Assembly: GCA_021297855.1 (NCBI GenBank)
Contig: JAJTHM010000049.1
Location: 6,531-70,530 of the forward strand
Source: Sphingobacteriales bacterium
GTDB taxonomy: Bacteria > Bacteroidota > Bacteroidia > Chitinophagales > JADJOU01
DNA: 64,000 bases
Direction: 5' to 3'
Positions 56,300-64,000 of this stretch are shown in pieces. The notes beneath the pieces are model-generated. The model was not told the DNA's origin. It did not search any database and worked only from the letters and a program-made list of their open reading frames with translations. Position numbers and translations under genes: made by a program. The stretch's first letter is position 1. Each line of letters begins with the position of its first letter.

Positions 56300-56329
56300 G
56301 GCAGGTATTGATTTACCTGCCTTTTTTTT
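56300..56329 (+). terminator. intrinsic terminator of the 244-aa ORF
   Basis: The structure is GGCAGGTA-TTGATT-TACCTGCC followed by T8. Confidence 0.8.
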
Positions 56330-56784
56330 GCCCCGCCATATTTGCATCAGATGGAGATTTAGGATAGCAGCTTCCATATACCAGTTACCGAGTCTTCCAT
56401 TTTGCCCTCTGCTGTCAGTAAATTAGCTCTAGCACATAATATAGAGCATGGAGTAGACTGCATTTTCCTGTTCGCTCATCTTATAATATTCTCCTCTAGG
56501 CTCATTTGACTTCCCGCCTTACGTATCTATTTATAAGCCATACATATTATCATACTCACATAATGTATACTACTTACCGCCACATGCATTCACCTTCCCG
56601 CACAGTGTATTTTTATATCTGCAGCATTTACTAGCCCATGCGCTGTGTCTATTCTTGTTATTTTTAGGGATATAGTGTCTTCCGCTACCTTTATTCACTC
56701 GCATTCATGGTATATTCCAGCCAGTGCTTGTTTTGGGGAGTCTCTTTATGCAGCTATGGCTGTTTACTTAGCATAGTGATTGTC

Positions 56785-56820
56785 AGACTTCCCGAAAGCT
56801 TCTAAACTTTCGGGAAGTCT
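56785..56820 (-). terminator. 14-bp perfect hairpin immediately 3' of batA (terminator-like, no U-tract)
   Basis: AGACTTCCCGAAAG (56785-98) pairs with CTTTCGGGAAGTCT (56807-20) around an 8-nt loop. It lies 17 nt downstream of the batA stop. Neither strand has a T-run, so its function is uncertain. Confidence 0.45.
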
Positions 56821-56836
56821 AGTACGACAAATAAGT

Positions 56837-57784
56837 TTAAATGATTCCCTTTAGCAGAGTATATTTTAAAACGAACTGCAATACAAGTATAATAAACGCC
56901 GCCAATAGCCAAGGTAAATAGAGCTCCGTCTTTTTATGCATCGCATTTTTTTCTATTTCTATCGTTTCTAAACGATTGATTTGGTCATAGATTTCTTTTA
57001 ATCTTGCCGTAGAACCTGCTCTGAAATAAATTCCACCTGTACTTTTAGATATGGCATTCATAAGAGTTTCATCTATGCCTAGAATATTGCCTCGAGGAGT
57101 ACCTACACCAATGGTATAGACTTTGACATTGAAATTTCTTGCTATTTCTACCGCTGTCATTGGGTCTATCTTACCCGCAGTATTGACACCGTCGGTTAGC
57201 AAGATGCATACTTTACTCTTGGCATTACTGTTCTTCAAAACTCGTACGGAAGTAGCCAATCCCATACCAATGGCAGTTCCATCTTCCATCAGCCCATCCT
57301 GAATCACTCCTATTTGCTTTTGAACTATATTGTGATCTATCGTAGGTGGGCACTGCGTGAAGCTCTCCCCTGAAAAAACGACGACCCCTATTCGATCATT
57401 TGGACGCTTGGATACAAATTCAGAAGCCACGGATTTAGCTGCTTCCAATCTATTTGGGCTGAAGTCTTTTTCCAACATACTGGTAGAGACATCAATAGCC
57501 ATGACAATATCAATACCTTTGGTATAGGACTTTTCTTTTGTGTAACTACCTTGAGGTCTAGCGATAGCTACTACTATGAGTACCGCTGCCAACATACTAG
57601 CATACGGCATCAATTTTTGTAAAATCACCTTCCATGACTTCGACTTAAAATCGAAAAAGGAAGATACGTGCAATTGAACTCTTGTCCGACCTTTCATCAA
57701 ACAATTATAAACAAACATGATAATTGGTATGATCAATAAAAACCATGCCCAAGGATTGCCGTAACTTACCGTTAATAAAATCAT
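56837..57784 (-). CDS. batA: VWA-domain protein BatA (aerotolerance-operon-type)
   Basis: It has an N-terminal double-TM helix, a VWA MIDAS motif (IVMAIDVSTSM, then LLTDGVNTAG) and a C-terminal TM helix. This is the canonical BatA architecture. Confidence 0.8.
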   Translation of the reverse strand: MILLTVSYGNPWAWFLLIIPIIMFVYNCLMKGRTRVQLHVSSFFDFKSKSWKVILQKLMPYASMLAAVLIVVAIARPQGSYTKEKSYTKGIDIVMAIDVSTSMLEKDFSPNRLEAAKSVASEFVSKRPNDRIGVVVFSGESFTQCPPTIDHNIVQKQIGVIQDGLMEDGTAIGMGLATSVRVLKNSNAKSKVCILLTDGVNTAGKIDPMTAVEIARNFNVKVYTIGVGTPRGNILGIDETLMNAISKSTGGIYFRAGSTARLKEIYDQINRLETIEIEKNAMHKKTELYLPWLLAAFIILVLQFVLKYTLLKGII

Positions 57785-57787
57785 ACC

Positions 57788-59209
57788 TTAATTAGTATTT
57801 GATTCTAAGTCTGAAACATCCGTTATGCGTTCACCGACTTCTTGGAAATACTCCACTTCTTTAGGAATTATATAGTTGACTTGTGCCATGTCTGTTATTA
57901 CAAGGTTTCCTTTATTATTTATCTTGCACTCAACGATGTCTTTAAACAAGATAGATTTCTGCTGCGTCTTTTCCTTAAGAATGACTGAATTGTAATCAAA
58001 AATTACCAAATAGGCCAGGAGTTTGGCTCGCACGGTCAATAAAGCAACAAGGGTAACAATGATACCCAGAACCACAAACCAAACAAAAAACATATAGGTG
58101 CTATTAGCTAACAATCCTAGAATATAATTAATTGGTATACTGTAAGAAAGCATAATGGTCAAAGACAACGCTAGCATAGTAGTAATTAAACCATAAATCA
58201 TAATCTTGAAGGAGGCTTGATTGATAGCTATAGTTTTAAGGGCATATTTATTTTGTGCATAAAATCGTTTCACTTGAAGTGCATTCGTTCGTTTATTGAC
58301 ATCGTTGCTAAGCTGTGTAGATTGAATAAACTTATAGGCCATCTTGATAATAGCTAGGTGCAACTCTCCTGCGTGTAGCTCTTTGGCAAACTTAGCTAAA
58401 TCAGACTTGGTCAATATTTCATCTACATCCTGAATGATGTATTCGGGTAGCTGAATTTCATTCATACTAACCAATAGCTGGTTAGTCGTCTGCTCGAGCG
58501 CCATAATTCCAAATCGCTTTTCTATATAAGCCCGCAGAACATCTGAAATTCGATCATAGTATTCTTTGACCATCCCCATCTGCCATAAATTCTCGGTCTC
58601 CACCTGCTTCAATGCTTTCAGAGCCTCAACGTGCGGAGGATCCTCTGGTTTTTCGCGGTCGAATAGATTCTCTCTTCTTATATATTTAATATACACAAAA
58701 TAGAGAAGAAGAACAAGAACTAGAAGTATAAAACTGACAAACAAATAACTAAACACCTCATCCTTCGACAAAGGCAGTAGAATAATGTCTTTAATAGGTT
58801 TAATATCCTGTGCGCTATCTATGTTCGGCGAATTGACTGTAATTGCAACAGGATTGGTGGTATAAATATCAGTCGGACCATTTCTAAAAATAAGTGAGGG
58901 AAAGGTTTGAATACTGTCTTCAAAACAAGTGATCTTGTATGTATGGGCTATAACCACATCGCTTCCACTAAAAAATGTATCAACTTTGAATAGCTCTACC
59001 AGTCGAAAATTACCCATACTGGTATCATTGATGATGGGGAAGAGCGTATTAGAAAACCCTTTGTTTTTAAATTTCAGCTCCAATTCCATATGGTCTCCAA
59101 TCATTATTTGATTTGGAGAAAGCGACATAGAAGCCTCCTGCGCTTGAAGTATGCTCATCTCAAAAATAAAAAACAGAAGTATAAAGATGTATTTCAACTT
59201 ATCTCGCAT
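57788..59209 (-). CDS. membrane protein with BatD-like N-terminus and DUF4381-like segment
   Basis: A signal peptide and Ig-like N-domain (SLSPNQIMIGDHMELELKF) are followed by a TM helix. Next comes EALKALKQVE...YYDRISDVLRAYIEKRFGIMALEQTTNQL, which resembles DUF4381 proteins that precede batA. Extra C-terminal TM helices and a small soluble domain follow. Confidence 0.45.
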   Translation of the reverse strand: MRDKLKYIFILLFFIFEMSILQAQEASMSLSPNQIMIGDHMELELKFKNKGFSNTLFPIINDTSMGNFRLVELFKVDTFFSGSDVVIAHTYKITCFEDSIQTFPSLIFRNGPTDIYTTNPVAITVNSPNIDSAQDIKPIKDIILLPLSKDEVFSYLFVSFILLVLVLLLYFVYIKYIRRENLFDREKPEDPPHVEALKALKQVETENLWQMGMVKEYYDRISDVLRAYIEKRFGIMALEQTTNQLLVSMNEIQLPEYIIQDVDEILTKSDLAKFAKELHAGELHLAIIKMAYKFIQSTQLSNDVNKRTNALQVKRFYAQNKYALKTIAINQASFKIMIYGLITTMLALSLTIMLSYSIPINYILGLLANSTYMFFVWFVVLGIIVTLVALLTVRAKLLAYLVIFDYNSVILKEKTQQKSILFKDIVECKINNKGNLVITDMAQVNYIIPKEVEYFQEVGERITDVSDLESNTN

Positions 59210-59383
59210 GTATAATCAACCTCGCAAATTTATATTTTAATAGCACGAATGAAGTATATAAGATTTAAAAGAAAATTAAATTTATTGTTTTTTAACCGAA
59301 CTAACAGTCAAAAGTGGAAAGTATAAAGTTTAAAGATAGCTTTTGTTTGGCATTGCTTTCACCTTTTAACTTTCAACTTGTTC

Positions 59384-60880
59384 CTAATGATTAAAATGCC
59401 GCACCCCTGTTAAGACCATGGCTATTTTATTTGCATTGCAGTAATCGATACTATCCTGATCCTTGACACTACCGCCTGGCTGGGCTACAGCTATGATTCC
59501 TGCTTTATGAGCGATCTCTACACAGTCTGCAAAAGGAAAAAATGCATCACTCGCCATTATTGAACCATTTAGGTCAAATCCAAATTCTATCGCCTTCTTT
59601 ATTGCGTGTTCTAGTGCATCAATTCGCGATACCTGTCCACAACCCATGCCTATTAACTGTTGATTTTTCACGAGGGCTATACCATTCGATTTCAAATGCT
59701 TTACGGCTATAATGCCAAACTCTAAATCAGATTTTGTGTCATCATTCAAACCTTTATCAGTCGCTAACTTCCAGTCATTTCTGGTCTCTATACTTTTATC
59801 TTCCTCTTGTATGAGGTGACCATTCAGAGCTGTTCTCATTTTTGTCGTTTGGCTCAGATTTTGCTTTTTTTTCAGTATGATTCTATTCTTTTTTGACTGC
59901 AACAATTCCAAAGCTGCTTTCGAATAATCTGGAGCGATCACTATTTCAAAAAACAAAGAATTCATAGCCTCTGCAGTGGCTATATCCAACTCTCTATTGG
60001 CTATCAATACACCTCCGAAAGCACTCTGAGGGTCACAGGCTAAGGCCGCTTCATAGGCTTGTATTACTGTTTTTCGACTAGCCAATCCGCATGAATTATT
60101 GTGCTTCATTATGGCAAAAGTCGGCTCTGAAAAATCTTTTATCAATCTACAAGCTGCATCTATATCTAAGATATTGTTATAACTAACTTCTTTACCATTA
60201 AGTTTTTCAAATAAACCGTCAAAATCTCCATGAAACCAGCCTCGCTGATGCGGGTTCTCTCCATATCTCAAAGGAGTTGATTCTATATTTAAAAAATAGT
60301 TGGCGATAAGTCTATCATAATTAGCGATAGTTTCAAACGCAGTGGCTGCGAAAGATTTTCGTTCTTCCTTTGATGTCGTCCCATTGGATTTTTCTAAAAT
60401 TTGATAAAGTTTTTTATATTCACTAGGCTGAGAAATACATACGACGTCATTAAAATTTTTAGCAGCAGCACGAATCAATGTGACTCCGCCAATATCAATC
60501 TTTTCTATCAATTCACCTTCCTCCGCCTTTTTTTCAAGGTATTCTTCGAATGGGTATAAATTGCAAATCATCAAATCAAAAAATGGCAATTGATGTTCTT
60601 CCATGGTTTTGACATCAGAATCTAAATCAGTCCGAGCCAAGAGTCCTCCAAAAATAGCAGGGTGCAAGGTTTTAACCCTTCCTCCTAATATTTCTGGGTA
60701 ACCTGTCAAAGATTCTACTTTTATACAAGGTAAACCCAGGTCTTTGATAAATTGAAACGTACCTCCAGTGGAGTATAGCATTACGCCTTGGCTATGTATA
60801 AGTCTCACTAACTTTTCCAATCCATCCTTGTAATAAACGGATATAATGGCTCTTTTGATTTGCTTTTTATTGGCAAGCAT
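59384..60880 (-). CDS. purH: bifunctional AICAR transformylase / IMP cyclohydrolase
   Basis: KRAIISVYYKDGL, STGGT, GRVKTLHP, CNLYPF and the C-terminal QPGGSVKDQDSIDYCN...MVLTGVRHF(N)H are canonical PurH motifs. Confidence 0.95.
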   Translation of the reverse strand: MLANKKQIKRAIISVYYKDGLEKLVRLIHSQGVMLYSTGGTFQFIKDLGLPCIKVESLTGYPEILGGRVKTLHPAIFGGLLARTDLDSDVKTMEEHQLPFFDLMICNLYPFEEYLEKKAEEGELIEKIDIGGVTLIRAAAKNFNDVVCISQPSEYKKLYQILEKSNGTTSKEERKSFAATAFETIANYDRLIANYFLNIESTPLRYGENPHQRGWFHGDFDGLFEKLNGKEVSYNNILDIDAACRLIKDFSEPTFAIMKHNNSCGLASRKTVIQAYEAALACDPQSAFGGVLIANRELDIATAEAMNSLFFEIVIAPDYSKAALELLQSKKNRIILKKKQNLSQTTKMRTALNGHLIQEEDKSIETRNDWKLATDKGLNDDTKSDLEFGIIAVKHLKSNGIALVKNQQLIGMGCGQVSRIDALEHAIKKAIEFGFDLNGSIMASDAFFPFADCVEIAHKAGIIAVAQPGGSVKDQDSIDYCNANKIAMVLTGVRHFNH

Positions 60881-60961
60881 TATTTTCTATTTTAATTTAA
60901 ATTTCTTATCCACTACCTTATTTTCACTCTACTCAGCCTTCATCAAACAAGTGCAACCGCA

Positions 60962-62764
60962 CTATCTTCCCTTTGGTCTCTCGTAGGCAGGAGAGTCCTT
61001 GGTCTCCAGTTTTACAAACTTGGTTTGTTTCATTTCTGCAGCCACTGGTTCCAAGAGTTCTCTTTTTATGTCATTATAACTTATATCTACATATCTTAAT
61101 TGAGGCATGGATTGAATATACTTTAAAAGCTCAATGGCATTGATTCCTGGGTTATAGCTTATATTCAAATCCTGCAACTTGGAGAGCTTGACAATCGAAG
61201 GCGATATAGATTTGATTTCATTTGACTTCAGATTTAATATTCGCAACTCAGCAAGATTCTCTATGGCATTTGGAATTTCTTGTAATAAGGCACCCATTAG
61301 ATTTAATTCTTCCAATTGCGTCAAATCAAACCAAAATCTATCAGGCAGCTTCTCATATACCTGATCCTTGAGTGACAACCTTTTCAGTTTTTTGCAGCGG
61401 GCTAGGGAGGGCGGAATATGTTTCACCTTGTCATTATACAATGAATAAAAATCTGCCTCTAGATAGAAGGTTTCAAGTGAGAGCGCCAGTTGACCGAGAT
61501 CATCAGGTATCTCATTGATTTTATTGTGACTCAAGTCCAAGTAGCTTATGAGAGGTAGGGTTTTTATCCCTTCAGGAAATTTGGTGAGCTGATTCCAACT
61601 CAGGTCCAAGTAAGTCATATTTTCTAGAAGAGAAAAACTGCTGGGCAATGAATTCAATTGACATCTTCTCATATCTAATTTTCTCAATTTTATACAACTA
61701 CCCATAGAAGCAGGAAGCTCTGTGAGAGGAATGCGCTCCTTTTGCAGCTGACCTGCACCCAAATACAACTCTTCTAAATGCACTAAATTCCCTATTTCGC
61801 CTACAATCTTTTTTAATGGATTGTTGGTCAGAATCAATTTCTTTAATCTAGTCATGGTACCAATACCCGCGCCCAGTTCTGTAAGGCCACAATCCGATAA
61901 ATCCAACTCTTCTAGATTGGGTATTTGTGCCATGGCCGAATATATCTGCATTGTATTTAATCGGCTATTTTTTGAGAGTTTTAAGATGCGCAATTTTTTC
62001 ATCCCCTCTAAATTAGCCGGTAAATTCACCAGCGAATTAAGATTCAGGTCTAGTTCAACGATTTGGCTCAGCTTGCCGAAGTTGTCCCCCAAGGATTCTA
62101 TTTTACAGCCACTAAGCTTGACCGTCTGAAGTTTTGGGATACTTGACAATACCAAACCTACATTATACATATCTAATCCCGGATTATTATGCAAATTGAT
62201 AGATACGAGAGAAGTCATACCTGCCATGCCCTCAGGGAGTTCATTGAGTTTGTTTCCATTGAGGTCCAGAGTTTTTACTCCTTTCAATAAGCCGATATTA
62301 TCCGGCAATTTAGCTTTCTCTGAAAAGATGATTTGGAGCTCTGTCAAATGAGGCAAATCCTTAATTTGATCAAATAAAGTCTCCAAATGCACAGACCAGC
62401 AGCGGCGCAACGTCAGTGTTTTCAATTTCTTGAATTTTTTGATCGAGTTTGGAAAAACGGAAAGTGCTGAAGACTGAATAGTCAAATGGCTAATCGTATC
62501 AGCAAAGGGTTCAATTTCTTTAAAATATTCGAGCGTTTCATTGAGCTGAATAGAGTCCGCTTTCAATTTGATTTCGCGTAGCTTCTGAAAATAGGTTGTT
62601 GCGTCGAAATCACGAGCGAAATCATCCCGTTTTTTCTGCATAGAATCTTCAAATCTCTTTTGTTTTAACTCCATGGGAGTCAATTCACTTAAATCATAGC
62701 CGCGCTGCGCAGATAAATCTATAAAAACAAGAGATAAAATAAACCAAAAAATAATTCTAAACAT
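60962..62764 (-). CDS. secreted leucine-rich-repeat (LRR) protein
   Basis: A signal peptide (FWFILSLVFIDLSAQ) is followed by about 18 LRR units of the LxxLxLxxNxLxxLPxxI type (e.g. LKTLDLNGNKLNELPEGM, LTYLDLSWNQLTKFPEGI). Confidence 0.85.
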   Translation of the reverse strand: MFRIIFWFILSLVFIDLSAQRGYDLSELTPMELKQKRFEDSMQKKRDDFARDFDATTYFQKLREIKLKADSIQLNETLEYFKEIEPFADTISHLTIQSSALSVFPNSIKKFKKLKTLTLRRCWSVHLETLFDQIKDLPHLTELQIIFSEKAKLPDNIGLLKGVKTLDLNGNKLNELPEGMAGMTSLVSINLHNNPGLDMYNVGLVLSSIPKLQTVKLSGCKIESLGDNFGKLSQIVELDLNLNSLVNLPANLEGMKKLRILKLSKNSRLNTMQIYSAMAQIPNLEELDLSDCGLTELGAGIGTMTRLKKLILTNNPLKKIVGEIGNLVHLEELYLGAGQLQKERIPLTELPASMGSCIKLRKLDMRRCQLNSLPSSFSLLENMTYLDLSWNQLTKFPEGIKTLPLISYLDLSHNKINEIPDDLGQLALSLETFYLEADFYSLYNDKVKHIPPSLARCKKLKRLSLKDQVYEKLPDRFWFDLTQLEELNLMGALLQEIPNAIENLAELRILNLKSNEIKSISPSIVKLSKLQDLNISYNPGINAIELLKYIQSMPQLRYVDISYNDIKRELLEPVAAEMKQTKFVKLETKDSPAYERPKGR

Positions 62765-62828
62765 AGGCGTCGATTAAAACACCGCAAAACTAGTAGTAAA
62801 AAATCAAACTAAACTAGGGAGATATCAA

Positions 62829-63206
62829 CTATGGTTGAACATAAAATTCCCTTACCTGCACGGTCTTATTATAAGCCCTATCGTAGGCGGTAATGTAGAG
62901 CCACAACTTCTGTAGTCCACCAAAACCCCCAAATACAACATAACTACTATGTACATGATTCGGTCCATCAATAAATTTGCCCCCAGTGACATATTTGACC
63001 TCAAAGGTATCCTTTATGACATAGCTATATTGTGTTAAGTTCTTGTCATCCGAGAGCTTAAAGTTCAGGTGCAAACTATCTATCCCTACGGAAAAAGTGT
63101 CGTTTCCTTTTGGAGTTAAAAATTCAATTTTGGGTGGTTCTGAATCCGTATCCTTAGCACATGCTATGATGAATAAGACGGCTATAAGAGTTAAACTATA
63201 TTTCAT
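62829..63206 (-). CDS. small lipoprotein (DUF4625-like Ig-fold)
   Basis: It has a lipobox (LFIIAC-AKD). EPPKIEFLTPKGNDTF...LHLNFKLSDDKNL resembles DUF4625 proteins. Confidence 0.5.
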   Translation of the reverse strand: MKYSLTLIAVLFIIACAKDTDSEPPKIEFLTPKGNDTFSVGIDSLHLNFKLSDDKNLTQYSYVIKDTFEVKYVTGGKFIDGPNHVHSSYVVFGGFGGLQKLWLYITAYDRAYNKTVQVREFYVQP

Positions 63207-63392
63207 TGTTTTTACTATATACTAGTTACAAAGATATAAGAAGCGAGTTAATTTAGTTGAATTATTCATTATAGAACATGAGATATGAGTCCCACATACT
63301 ACAAACAAAGTACTAGTGATATTTAGAGCATAAAAAAAATGCAATTCAAATTCGCAATTAGCATTAAATTTGTTCTACCAAAATTTAGAATC

Positions 63393-64000
63393 ATGACAAC
63401 TTCGGCTCAAAAAAATGTAGAGCAAACTTCGGATTTTTTGCCTCTATTAGGCACAGATCATATAGAATTTTATGTAGGCAATGCCAAACAAGCGGCTTAT
63501 TTCTATCAGGCAGCTTTTGGATTTGAGTTGGTGGCTTATGCAGGCCCAGAGACTGGTGTGAGAGATAGAGCTTCTTACGTTCTTCAACAAAATAAGTTGC
63601 GATTTGTGTTAACGACGTCCATGGATCCCAATTCCGAGATTTCTCAGCACTGCAAACTCCATGGAGATGGCGTAAAAGTGCTGGCATTATGGGTAGATGA
63701 CGCCACCAAAAGCTATGAAGAGACTGTAGCTAGAGGTGGAGTAGGTGTTCACCCCCCAAAAACGATCAAAGATGAAAACGGCGAAATCATTACGACTTCC
63801 ATCAAAACCTATGGCGATACGATTCATACATTCGTCGAGAGAAAAAACTATACAGGCGCTTTCATGCCAGGATTTAAGCCGATGAAAAGCACCATGAAAA
63901 CGACGTCTGTAGGTCTAAAATATGTCGATCACTGTGTAGGAAATGTTGAATTAGGCAAAATGGACGAGTGGGTAGGATTTTATGAAAAAGTCATGGGATT
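63393..64000 (+). CDS. hppD: 4-hydroxyphenylpyruvate dioxygenase, N-terminal part (3' end beyond window)
   Basis: This ORF is absent from the track because it has no stop in the window. My translation from the ATG at 63393 is MTTSAQKNVEQTSDFLPLLGTDHIEFYVGNAKQAAYFYQAAFGFELVAYAGPETGVRDRASYVLQQNKLRFVLTTS...HGDGVKVLALWVDDA...VDHCVGNVELGKMDEW. This is the canonical HPPD N-terminal VOC domain and metal-binding His context. Confidence 0.88.
   Translation, partial: MTTSAQKNVEQTSDFLPLLGTDHIEFYVGNAKQAAYFYQAAFGFELVAYAGPETGVRDRASYVLQQNKLRFVLTTSMDPNSEISQHCKLHGDGVKVLALWVDDATKSYEETVARGGVGVHPPKTIKDENGEIITTSIKTYGDTIHTFVERKNYTGAFMPGFKPMKSTMKTTSVGLKYVDHCVGNVELGKMDEWVGFYEKVMG

Noticed and set aside
63391-63687. 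98-aa minus-strand ORF, the only track entry at the right end of the window.
   Set aside because: The + strand from the ATG at 63393 translates to an unmistakable 4-hydroxyphenylpyruvate dioxygenase N-terminus that runs off the window. The minus-strand ORF is its antisense shadow.
1-64000. Search by eye for rRNA, tRNA, tmRNA, RNase P, CRISPR arrays and prophage structural genes.
   Set aside because: None was recognised. Intergenic regions are short and AT-rich apart from the elements reported above. A tRNAscan/Infernal run would be needed to exclude them formally.

Overview
This window is about 64 kb of a low-GC Bacteroidota chromosome. The phylum call rests on T9SS type-A and type-B (CHU_C/gliding) C-terminal sorting domains, TAnnTTTG -7 promoter boxes, BatA, a PadR-PspC pair, a LytTR two-component pair and weak SD usage. 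I cannot name the genus from sequence alone.

Layout:
- 1-7.5 kb: a glycan-modification cluster with a YfhO-like protein, three glycosyltransferases, three SAM methyltransferases and a GHMP sugar kinase.
- 7.5-41.6 kb: mostly housekeeping genes (scoB-like, frr, lepA, kynU, ftsK, sppA, folK, dNK, DAHP synthase, rplY, prs, rpsP). Accessory genes are interspersed: an AAA+/PD-ExK ATPase, a propeller sensor kinase with a LytTR regulator, a T9SS protease, an IcmF-like mutase domain and a small TA-like pair.
- 41.8-56.8 kb: a compositionally distinct, all-minus-strand island of T9SS cargo. It holds two Kelch/Cys-repeat/CHU_C paralogs. One paralog is cleanly split by an IS4-family element with a 9-bp target duplication, and parDE sits between them. 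It also holds a roughly 1,800-aa adhesin-like gene broken into three ORFs at homopolymer runs, an orphan ORF and a 500-bp ORF-free tract.
- 56.8-64 kb: batA with a BatD/DUF4381-like gene, purH, an LRR protein, a small lipoprotein, and the 5' part of hppD. The ORF track missed hppD because it runs off the window.

No rRNA, tRNA or CRISPR array was seen.

Most interesting non-coding signals:
- A tandem pair of near-identical promoter-to-terminator units of about 90 nt at 24.45-24.73 kb, proposed as a candidate novel duplicated sRNA.
- A 104-bp three-stem palindromic element flanked by direct repeats at 34.58-34.68 kb, which looks MITE-like.

All functional calls come from motif and family recognition by eye. 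No database search was run.
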